From the NCBI RefSeq assembly GCF_000328665.1, contig NC_019977.1, forward strand, positions 2,100,011 through 2,164,010: a DNA stretch of 64,000 bases. The letters run 5' to 3'. This document shows positions 41,667 to 51,200 of the stretch, piece after piece (positions within the stretch are counted from its first letter, which is position 1; the number at the start of each line of letters is the position of its first letter). The position numbers and the translations under genes were made by a program. The notes under the pieces are model-generated. The model saw nothing but the letters and a program-made list of their open reading frames with translations. It did no database searches and was not told the origin of the DNA. The stretch is from Methanomethylovorans hollandica DSM 15978 (lineage in GTDB: Archaea > Halobacteriota > Methanosarcinia > Methanosarcinales > Methanosarcinaceae).

Positions 41667-42464
41667 ATGAACAACTTGATAGAATCACTTCAACAACTAG
41701 GTCTGACAACCTACGAAGCTAAAGTGCTCATAGCACTTACACGCTATGGTAGCGGAACTGTGGCGGATATCCATGCATTATCGGGTATCCCCCGCTCTGC
41801 CGTGTACGGGGTGATCACCAAACTTGACGATAAAGGAATTATCGAGACACAGCATACCAAACCCATGCGTTACAGAACACTATTTCCGAACCAGATCATT
41901 GACAGGCTGAAAGTGAATTATGAAAATGCTGTTGAAACATCTCTTGAGCAACTTGAGAAGATTTATCATGCACCTGATACCTTAGTAGAGGAAGATGGAG
42001 TATGGAACATCAGTGGTGTGAAGAACGTTACTGATAAGATAGTCCAGATGCTGGACTCGGCTAAAGAAGAAATAATACTTGCATTAACCTATCCTTCTTT
42101 GGACAAGGCCACCGAAACATATCCTGTCATGGAGATCATCACAACAAAACTTCAGGAAAAGATAGATAAGGGTCTTAAAGTAAAGATCACTATCAATGAA
42201 CAGCAGGCAAGATGTGGTCAGCAGACAGGTAAAAATCCTATTTGTGGTGCAGAGGTAAGAGTCTATTCCACAGAAGACAGCGCTCATCCTTTGAAGGGGG
42301 GAATTATTGTGATCGATGATAAAGAACTTCTTATCGTCACAGTTAAAGATGATCCTACTCCCCCTAACCTTACTGCCACATGGTACAACGGAAAGGAACA
42401 GGTTTCAATTTTCAGGCATTTTATAGAGGTAGAATGGAATGCATCCAGACCTCTGGAACGCTGA
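41667..42464 (+). CDS. TrmB-family transcriptional regulator
   Basis: LGLTTYEAKV..AL, SGIPRSAVY, IVIDDKE. Confidence 0.9.
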   Translation: MNNLIESLQQLGLTTYEAKVLIALTRYGSGTVADIHALSGIPRSAVYGVITKLDDKGIIETQHTKPMRYRTLFPNQIIDRLKVNYENAVETSLEQLEKIYHAPDTLVEEDGVWNISGVKNVTDKIVQMLDSAKEEIILALTYPSLDKATETYPVMEIITTKLQEKIDKGLKVKITINEQQARCGQQTGKNPICGAEVRVYSTEDSAHPLKGGIIVIDDKELLIVTVKDDPTPPNLTATWYNGKEQVSIFRHFIEVEWNASRPLER

Positions 42465-42670
42465 GGAAATGCCATATTTTGAACATTCCTATCCCATTGA
42501 ACTCACATTGTGTGCCTTCTTTCATCCCTTTAAATATCTATTCACTGAAAACATAAGGAGACCATTATATTAGACCGCAGATCTAATGAGGTTATTTGCT
42601 GTCCTCTTTGTATTGGATATATTTTTTGGAATCAGTACATTTATGAGCCTTCCCGCCGTCCCTACTATTA

Positions 42671-44176
42671 ATGAAGGATAGTGAAAAGGAAATTATTTCC
42701 ACTCTTAAGTATGTCTGCCACATGAAACATGAGTTCATGCTGTCGGAGATAAAGAATTACATTACAAGTGACATGTCCGTAGAACAGATCTATGATATTA
42801 TTAAGCCATTTCTGTACGAGCTGGACATTGATGCCATTCCGGAAGGTGCTGATTTCAGAATGAGGCTGTCTCCTCCTGCAACAGTGATGCAACTTACCGA
42901 GGAAGAAGTAAAGAAAACTGAGATTTTCTTAAGGTCTGCAGTGGTGTCGGCAAAACTGCAAACAGTTATCGAGCAATACATCAGCAAAAAGACCGCAAAG
43001 CAGTGGGATGATCCGGTCGTTCTGGACAGGATCAGAAAAGCAGTCGTAGGTCAGAAGAACGCTTATTGGAGAGAAGGCAGTTCCAGGAAGATCTCTTATG
43101 AAAAAGGCTACAATGTGCTGGGATACCTTGCTTATCACTTCCCGGTGTATTTTGTGCAGTTCCAGCATATGTTATATGACATGGCTCAGGCCGGTATTCT
43201 CAAAACACGCATGAAGATCCTTGATGTGGGCACAGGTCCGGGCACAGTGCCTCTGGCTATTGCCGATTTCTACAAAAGGCTGGAAGGTCGCAAGGCCGAC
43301 ATCTACTGTGTGGAACTGTACGATGAGAATATCGAGGCTTTCAACTCCCTTGTTCCAAACTATGCTTCGGATTCCATAAATCTGCACGAGCCTGTAAGAT
43401 CAGATATACGTAAAATAAAGCCAGAAAGTCTGCCTGAGAATATCGACCTTATGGTGTTCTCGAATGTGCTCAATGAGATAAAAGATATTACCATAGAGCA
43501 AAAAGCGGACATCGTGCTAAAAATGGCTCAAAGACTGGCATCTGATGGCAGTATACTTGTAATAGAGCCCGCAGACAGAGCAAACTCAGTGGAGCTACGC
43601 AGGCTGAGCATTGCGCTCAAGGAAGCTGGTCTTGGCATATATGCCCCATGTTCCTTCATATGGGGTGCAGGCTGCAGCCTTGAAGAATGCTGGAGCTTCG
43701 GGCAAAAGCAGGACATCAATCCAACACTCCTGATGCGCAAACTTGCAGAGTGTGATGAGCCGTACCGTTATATCAATACTGACATTAAGTACTCTTATTT
43801 TATAGTAAGAAAGGATGGCCTAACCAAAGAGTGCTACAGAGTCGCGCCCAAAGCAAAGTTTGCACGTTTCTCCAAAATGAGTACGCACAAAGATAAGCGT
43901 ATCAATGTAGTATGTTCCCTAATGTCAGGTGATCTGGGTGATGAAAAGTACAGCCTTTACAAAATGTGCGACGGCACTTCCAGAAAAGCAGTCTATGCAG
44001 TAATTCCATGGCATAATGTGACTGAGGACAATAGTCTTATTAAACGGGCAGATTACGGAGAGATACTGGAGCTTTATGATGTACTCGTGAACTATAATAA
44101 GGAGAAGGATGCCTATAATCTTCTTCTTAGCAAAGGAAGTACAGTTTACCGGGCAGGTGATGAAAGAGACGATTAA
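42671..44176 (+). CDS. class I SAM methyltransferase, Rsm22-like
   Basis: YLAYHFP, ILDVGTGPG, SNVLNE, IEP, APC-x7-C-x4-CW. Confidence 0.8.
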   Translation: MKDSEKEIISTLKYVCHMKHEFMLSEIKNYITSDMSVEQIYDIIKPFLYELDIDAIPEGADFRMRLSPPATVMQLTEEEVKKTEIFLRSAVVSAKLQTVIEQYISKKTAKQWDDPVVLDRIRKAVVGQKNAYWREGSSRKISYEKGYNVLGYLAYHFPVYFVQFQHMLYDMAQAGILKTRMKILDVGTGPGTVPLAIADFYKRLEGRKADIYCVELYDENIEAFNSLVPNYASDSINLHEPVRSDIRKIKPESLPENIDLMVFSNVLNEIKDITIEQKADIVLKMAQRLASDGSILVIEPADRANSVELRRLSIALKEAGLGIYAPCSFIWGAGCSLEECWSFGQKQDINPTLLMRKLAECDEPYRYINTDIKYSYFIVRKDGLTKECYRVAPKAKFARFSKMSTHKDKRINVVCSLMSGDLGDEKYSLYKMCDGTSRKAVYAVIPWHNVTEDNSLIKRADYGEILELYDVLVNYNKEKDAYNLLLSKGSTVYRAGDERDD

Positions 44177-44312
44177 TGGTCTTTTTCTCTTATTTGATCT
44201 CACCGGGTGCTTTATTTACTAGCCGATAACTACGAATTGATTTGAAGTTTAAGAAGTTCTTTAATATGTGCACACCCATATTATGAATTGTCAGTTCAGG
44301 AGGGTGAAATTC

Positions 44313-45647
44313 ATGAGCAGATCACAATTCATAATATACGCATCATTAACTGTGCTTTTTGTATATATGGCAGTAGCAACAGTATTTGCAGGCAACACGG
44401 CAGTTTCCGAGCCTTCGATGGCGATTACAGATAAGGTAATATCTTCTACGGTAGGTGGCGTGATCTCCAATACAGGGACGATCACTGAAATGGATACGAT
44501 CAGCGTTGATCCCAGCTACTATAATACGATGTTGCAGCCCGGAACCAGTGAGAACTTCACCGTTACCGTGACCAACATGGAAGATGCTGCGATCACAGTT
44601 AATCCGACAATGGTTATCACACCATATACTTACAGTTTCATGGACGAGAGCTGGATCACAATAACTCCTGCACAGGAAGTTCTAGAGGCAGGAGAAAAGG
44701 CACAGTTCGGAATAAAGATATCTGTCCCTGAGGATGCTAAAGTAGGGAACTATGCTGCAACGCTGACCTTTATGGAAAATGTGCCTGAAGGAGATATACT
44801 GTACCAGGGATTCCCGGGCACTGTACAGTTAAACGTAGATGTCTGGATACCCCCTAAGGTGGAGATCCTCACAACGTACGTATACGACAGGGTTGAAGCA
44901 GGTAAAGTATACGACTATGAGATCATGCTCAGGAATACCGGTGATTCCGAAGTAACTATTGATCCGAAGCTTGTGGAGAACATGTACTACCCCTACCCCA
45001 TGAGCGCAGAAGCACGCCCGATGGCAATGGATTCTGCAGTATCTATGCCATATTATGGCGGATATGAGCAGGCCTTTGGAAAAGATGCGATCACCATAAC
45101 TGGTCCTTCAACCATAAAGCCTGGAGAAACAGTTGTTGTAAAGGTACAGGTTAAGGTACCTGCTGATGCAAAAGGAGATTTCTCCGGCAGCATAGATCTG
45201 AACATAGATGATCCGGGTATCCAGGATTATGAAGAGATGGTACACCTCAGCTTCCATGTGGCAGTGCAGCCTGAAAAGCCCTATGAGATCCCCTTTAAGG
45301 TAAATGACAATGGAACCGTCACTATTGAGCTAAGATCATATATATATGATGTGTATCCTTCAAACAGCATTGCAGATCCATCCTTTGAAGTAAAGCTCAC
45401 AGATCCAGATGGCAAGGAGGGCAAAGCTGTGCAGAAAGCTGTGCAATATGCAGGTTCAGTCACAATGGGAAATGTTCCCTATCCGGTATTCAAGGTATCC
45501 GGGAATAATTCAGAATATCAGGAATACTCAAAGAGCTATGTGGAAACATATACATTAAAGGCATCTGCAGGCCAATGGACACTGTCAGTAATGCCACATA
45601 ACACGGAGAACTTTGAGTACTCCATAAGTGCCGAACCTTCCCAATGA
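44313..45647 (+). CDS. secreted protein with tandem Ig-like (NEW3/CARDB-like) domains
   Basis: Signal peptide; repeated ISVPEDAK.G.Y and VKVPADAKGDF; SD GGAGG. Confidence 0.7.
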   Translation: MSRSQFIIYASLTVLFVYMAVATVFAGNTAVSEPSMAITDKVISSTVGGVISNTGTITEMDTISVDPSYYNTMLQPGTSENFTVTVTNMEDAAITVNPTMVITPYTYSFMDESWITITPAQEVLEAGEKAQFGIKISVPEDAKVGNYAATLTFMENVPEGDILYQGFPGTVQLNVDVWIPPKVEILTTYVYDRVEAGKVYDYEIMLRNTGDSEVTIDPKLVENMYYPYPMSAEARPMAMDSAVSMPYYGGYEQAFGKDAITITGPSTIKPGETVVVKVQVKVPADAKGDFSGSIDLNIDDPGIQDYEEMVHLSFHVAVQPEKPYEIPFKVNDNGTVTIELRSYIYDVYPSNSIADPSFEVKLTDPDGKEGKAVQKAVQYAGSVTMGNVPYPVFKVSGNNSEYQEYSKSYVETYTLKASAGQWTLSVMPHNTENFEYSISAEPSQ

Positions 45648-45650
45648 AAC

Positions 45651-45710
45651 GAGGTGAAGTTGCCAGCCTGACGGGAACTAGAGGGGAAGCTGGCACCTCA
45701 CACCTTTTTT
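45651..45710 (+). terminator. GC-rich stem-loop followed by T tract
   Basis: GAGGT..TGCCAGC ... GCTGGCACCTC then cctttttt. Confidence 0.5.
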
Positions 45711-45974
45711 ACTTCTATTGATATGGATGTTATCAATTAACAATAGGCCAGAGGGTTTTTGATCTATATTAAAACCGACCAGAAAGCTTCCAGGCACTTA
45801 TTTTTGATCTCCTGCTATCTTTAGCTGCATTACGGCATCAGAAATACCCCATAGATCATCACATCATGGAAGTATTACGTTTAAAATATTAGCACTTCAT
45901 TTTTATTCTATTAATTACATTAAATTAACTTGTGGACATTCCAGTCCATTTCCAAATCCGGAAGGTCAAGTCAG

Positions 45975-47942
45975 ATGAATATAAATACTTTGGTAGATCC
46001 CCAGAAGAAGTGTGCGCCAAAGCCCAAAAGTCTTGGGCCTGTATCCAGTCTTGAAGAACATGTGAACCCTGACTGGTGGAAGAAGATATTCAATTCCCTC
46101 TATCTGAAGACAGATGCTGATGTAGTAGGTGATTCCGAGATAACCAGGGAAGAGATCGATATGTTCCTATCCGTTCTGAACCTTGCGCAGGAGAGTAAGA
46201 TCCTGGACCTGTGTTGCGGACAGGGACGCCACTCCATGGAAGTATCAAGAAGAGGGTTCAAGAACGTGGAAGGACTGGACAGATCTCATTACCTTATTCA
46301 GAAAGCAAAAAGCGTTGCTAAAAGAGAAGGCCTGAATGTTCGTTTCAGGGAAGGGGATGCACGTAAAACACCCTATTCGACTGATAATTTTGATGCTGTG
46401 TTCCTGCTGGGGAACAGTTTTGGTTACTTTGAGACATCCGAAGAGGATCTGAGGGTGCTGAATGAAGTAAAAAGAGTGCTTAAACCCTGGGGAAAAGTCC
46501 TGCTGGACGTGACTGATGGCTCTTACCTGAAATCAAATTATCAGCCCAGGTCCTGGGAATGGATTGATAAGCACAACTTCGTGTGCAGGGAACGTTCTCT
46601 ATCTCTCGATGATCAGAAACTGATCTCCAGGGAGGTAATAGTCAATGATGAACAGGGTGTCATTGCCGATCAGTTCTATGCTGAAAGGCTGTACACACAA
46701 GAGTCACTTCAGGAGCTCCTCAAAAAGGCTGGTTTCAGTGATGTTGAGGTCGTAAACTCCATTGGATCTAACAGTAAGAGGAACCAGGACCTTGGCATGA
46801 TGGAGAAGCGCATAATAATCACTGCTAACCTGCGCAAGGAATGGACAGAACCTAAAAAGAAGGTCCATGCAATACAAAAGGATGTAGTGGTAGTATTCGG
46901 TGATCCGTCCAAGAGAGATTCTCTGAAGCCATGCGGTGTTTTTGATGATGATGATCTGTATACCATTGACCAATTAAAAGGTGCTCTTAAGGAAAGAGGA
47001 GAATATTCTTTCAAGTTCCTGGATAACCATGACACCCTGATACAGGATCTGCAACGCCTTAAGGGAAAAGTGGATTTCATTTTCAACCTTTGTGATGAAG
47101 GTTATTCTAACGATCCACTGAAAGAACTGCATGTGCCGGCTTTGCTTGAGATTCTGGGTATACCTTATACCGGATCAGGTCCTCAATGTCTTGCTTTCTG
47201 TTATGATAAAGCTCTGGTAAGGGGTATTGCTAAGGATCTTGGCGTGCCTGTTTCCGAAGGTATAGTCATTAAGGCGGAGGATGTTCTGTTCGAAGTGCCT
47301 ATGCAGTTCCCTGTAATAGTCAAACCCAACTTCGGGGATTCAAGTTTCGGACTCAATCAGCACAGTGTATGCCATAACCGTGATGAGGTTGTAAGGGCTA
47401 TCTATGACATAAGAGAGGGTCTGGGCTATGATAAGCCCATCCTTGTTGAAGAGTTCCTCACAGGAAAGGATCTGAGCATAGGCATCATAGGAAATCCTCC
47501 GGAGAACTATACGGTTTTACCCATTATAGAGGAGGACTATTCTGAACTTCCTTCCGAATTACCCAGGATGTGCGGTTATGAGGCAAAATGGATCCCTGAT
47601 TCCCCATACTGGAAGATCCATTCCATTGCAGCTGAAATTCCAAAGGATGTTGAAGAGTTCATACTGGAATGCAGCTTAAAGATGATAACAAGGCTCGAGT
47701 GCAGGGATTACACGCGTCTGGACTGGCGTATGGATGCAGCCGGCAACCCAAAGCTACTGGAAGTAAATCCCAATCCCGGATGGTGCTGGGACGGACACCT
47801 GGCTAAAATGGCGGCCTTGGCAGGCATCTCCTATCCGGAAATGATCGCCAGCATCCTCAAAAGCACAGATGAGAGGATAACCGGGGCAGAACCGGTCAAG
47901 AGTTCGGGACCAGTTCCTGAATTTAAATTTGAGCTCTGTTAG
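45975..47942 (+). CDS. fusion of class I SAM methyltransferase and D-Ala-D-Ala-ligase-like ATP-grasp domain
   Basis: ILDLCCGQGRH, NSFGYF; then IPYTGS, DKAL, IVKP, LVEEFL.G, RDYTRLDWR, LEVNPNPG. Confidence 0.9.
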   Translation: MNINTLVDPQKKCAPKPKSLGPVSSLEEHVNPDWWKKIFNSLYLKTDADVVGDSEITREEIDMFLSVLNLAQESKILDLCCGQGRHSMEVSRRGFKNVEGLDRSHYLIQKAKSVAKREGLNVRFREGDARKTPYSTDNFDAVFLLGNSFGYFETSEEDLRVLNEVKRVLKPWGKVLLDVTDGSYLKSNYQPRSWEWIDKHNFVCRERSLSLDDQKLISREVIVNDEQGVIADQFYAERLYTQESLQELLKKAGFSDVEVVNSIGSNSKRNQDLGMMEKRIIITANLRKEWTEPKKKVHAIQKDVVVVFGDPSKRDSLKPCGVFDDDDLYTIDQLKGALKERGEYSFKFLDNHDTLIQDLQRLKGKVDFIFNLCDEGYSNDPLKELHVPALLEILGIPYTGSGPQCLAFCYDKALVRGIAKDLGVPVSEGIVIKAEDVLFEVPMQFPVIVKPNFGDSSFGLNQHSVCHNRDEVVRAIYDIREGLGYDKPILVEEFLTGKDLSIGIIGNPPENYTVLPIIEEDYSELPSELPRMCGYEAKWIPDSPYWKIHSIAAEIPKDVEEFILECSLKMITRLECRDYTRLDWRMDAAGNPKLLEVNPNPGWCWDGHLAKMAALAGISYPEMIASILKSTDERITGAEPVKSSGPVPEFKFELC

Positions 47943-48252
47943 AAGCAGCGTAGGGAGTGAATTTTAGTATTGGCCCATGTCTTGATGATGTGGGCTTTGA
48001 TTCTATTTTTGGTGATGTGCAGCATTCTATACATCAGATACTATTTCAGAATTATGATTCAGTGTATCGATTCCTAATTCTATGATAAGAACGGAACCCG
48101 AATATTCTGTAGACATTGACACGAAAGATGCTTATTAATTGCACAAATTGTACATAGAACAATTCCATCATTAAAAACAATTGAATCACTGCCTTAATCG
48201 TAATTGTAATTTTAATATAAATTTTTGTAGAAAGTGTTTCGATGTCAAAATA

Positions 48253-51200
48253 CTATAGGATATCCTCCCTTACCATGTAACCAACGACAGATTCTTTCTC
48301 AATTAAAAAATTTAATACAACTAAAAGTTCTTGTTTCAATTTTACAGTTTTTCTTATATCTTCCCGATTCTTATAACTGTACTTCTTCACAATATTTTCT
48401 ATATAATAAATGGTATTTGTCTCTAACTTCTCATTCCATAAATTCTGATTAGTAGTCAATATTTCAGAAATCCAAGATATGCCATTGTTAAGATAGTTAC
48501 TTCCTATACCATTTAACAATTTTGAAATTGAATAAAGGGTAGAAGTACAAGGCCCTATCTTTTTTATTATATTTGCAAAGAATCGTCTATTAGCATCTGT
48601 TAGTGTTTGCCAATCTGTGTCTTTTTCGTTCCAGTAGGTTTGAGCGAAAAGATAACTTTGCACAATACTTTTTACATCCTTTTGTTTATCACCATCTTTA
48701 CATAAATCAACTACTTTCTCATAAAACATATCCCATACTTTCCAGAAATTATTGTAGCTATTCAACCTATATTCTGCTACTATGAATTCTTCAAATAAGT
48801 CAGCTATAGCTTCTGAACTGCTGAAATTATCAATAAATGGCCTTAGATAAGTAGGAATATCTTGTTCAGAGGAACTCAACGTAAAATATGCTAGTTTTTT
48901 TAAAAAGGAGTGCCCAGTGTTATAATCAACTATTTTCTTGGTTCTGTTAGATAATAGTTCTTTTGCAAAAGTGGAAATAATAGACTGAGCAATTATTTTA
49001 TGCTCGTTATTGTCGGTATTTAATGGGATTATCTTAAAAGCTGTTTTTAATATACGTGGATCTAATTGCTCGATATTTTTTAAATCATCAAATGATATCT
49101 TGTTCTCGATGACTTTTTTTATATCTTCTTCATTCTCTGTTAAGAACTTTTGATTCACTTCCGTATATAAGTCATGTGTATTTCTTACATATTTTCCATA
49201 TCGAAGATCTTTTTTTAATGCTTCATATCTCGGTTTTAGGAGTAAATATCCGAAAAGTAAAGATTGAGCCTCTTTGAAATTTACTGACCATATACTATCG
49301 ATTCCTATAATAGCGAATTCATTGAATTCTGTTCCTGCCATGCCAAAAGTTTCGTCTTTAAACATGGTTAATATCAAAATTATTTTTATTTTTATTTTAT
49401 CTTCTGGAAATTTTTGAAGCAATAGAGGAAGAACAGAAAGTGTTGACTGTGTTCCATCTGATACTTGATATTTGTAATTTGGCTGTAAAGAATGACAAGC
49501 AACATTTAGAACGACCTCTTTACAAAAAATTCTATCATCTGCACTGATATCTCCAAAGTACTCTCTTAATAAAATAGAGCAAACCTCTGCAGGGATGGAA
49601 TAATTAAAAAGATAGAACGTATCTTCAGGGGCTTGCTCTAAAGTATAAACTATTTCTTTAACTTCTTTCAATGCAAGCTGAGGATTATTTTCATATTGTG
49701 TATATTGTTGATGTCTTTGATCATTTTGTATTTTATATTTAGCCCATAATTTTAATCTGCCGTATTTCATTGGTTCCAAGTCATTTTCTACTGATCTGTC
49801 TATGTATTTTCTTAGTTCAGAATCGATCTCAGGGTTTAAATGAATAACAAAACCATCTTCTTTTTCTTCGATTGTAGGTTTAATTTTTCTTTTGTCCATC
49901 CTTGCTAGAAAGAGTCGCCATGTTTTATCATCTTCAGTTTCATCTTGCTTGTTTGGTAGTTTTTGATGATATTCGTCAAGAATATTCCATATAATTCTTT
50001 GTTTTCTATCTGCCTCATTTTCGCTAATATCTTTGCTCCTAAAAAGCTGATAGTTTAAAATTATATTCTCTATGGATAGCTTTCGGTGTTTATCATCACA
50101 AGCTTCTCTCCTCTCGTCTGCATATATTTCTTTTTTGTAGTCTATCCTAAATCCAGCTAAACCCAAAAGGGTATTATTATTGTATTGTTCAGAGAATAAT
50201 CTTTGGGTGTCATAGAATAGTAATTGCTTAGTTTGGAATAGCGCCATTGCAACATTAAAAGTTTTATCGGGATATGCTAAAACAATGCTAGTTACTACTG
50301 CTGTAATAGAAGCTGATTTCGAGTTTTTTAGCAAAAACAATAGCAGCCTTTCTAAAGTCTGTTGATCTGTATATTTCCCAAAATCTAAGAGAAATTTCTC
50401 TAAAGCCATATGGATTGATTCAAGTAGATAAGTAGATCCTTTTGTACCTCTATAAGTGTTCCAAAGTCTATCATTAATGTATTGCTTATAAGTGCGATCA
50501 TCAATTGTGACTTCTACTTCTTCAATTTTGTCTTCATATTTTGCAAAGTCCGACTTTGCATAACAGTCAACTACTTTGTTAGTAAATTTGATTATAAAAA
50601 GGATTGTTTTCTCGGGAGAACGTTTAAGTAACCAATAAATAGGTGTTTGAAATGCACTTGATGGATAGTAATTTTGATGATTTTCTTCTATACAAAAATA
50701 CTTTTCAATTTCCATTATTGAATACGACTCAAATTTTTCTTTTTCAGGGATTTGGAACCAAAATAAATCTGCAAGTTTTAATATGCAATCGGGAAGTGTC
50801 TTAATAACTTCAATGTTTTCCATGCATTTAATCAAAATAGTATTTACCATATCATAATATGGATCTCCGTATCTTTTCCATTTATTATTTAATATGTTTT
50901 CAAAGATCTGATTTAATTCATATTTGATTTCGGATGCACCAGATAAAATAGTTTTGCAAAGATTTTCTTTGACATCACCATGAGAATAGTAGCTATCTTT
51001 TTGAACTAGCCATTGATAATACTTTAAAGCTATTAGACTAGATAATTTTGTGGTTTTTCCGTGCTTGAATTTGCCATTCCAATCGTATATTATGGGTAAT
51101 AAAAAAGAAGTATTTTCCACTCCTATCTGATTCAAAAATTTATACGTAAATTCTATAAGACTATTCCACCCCTCACCCTTGGGTTTGGAAAATATATATT

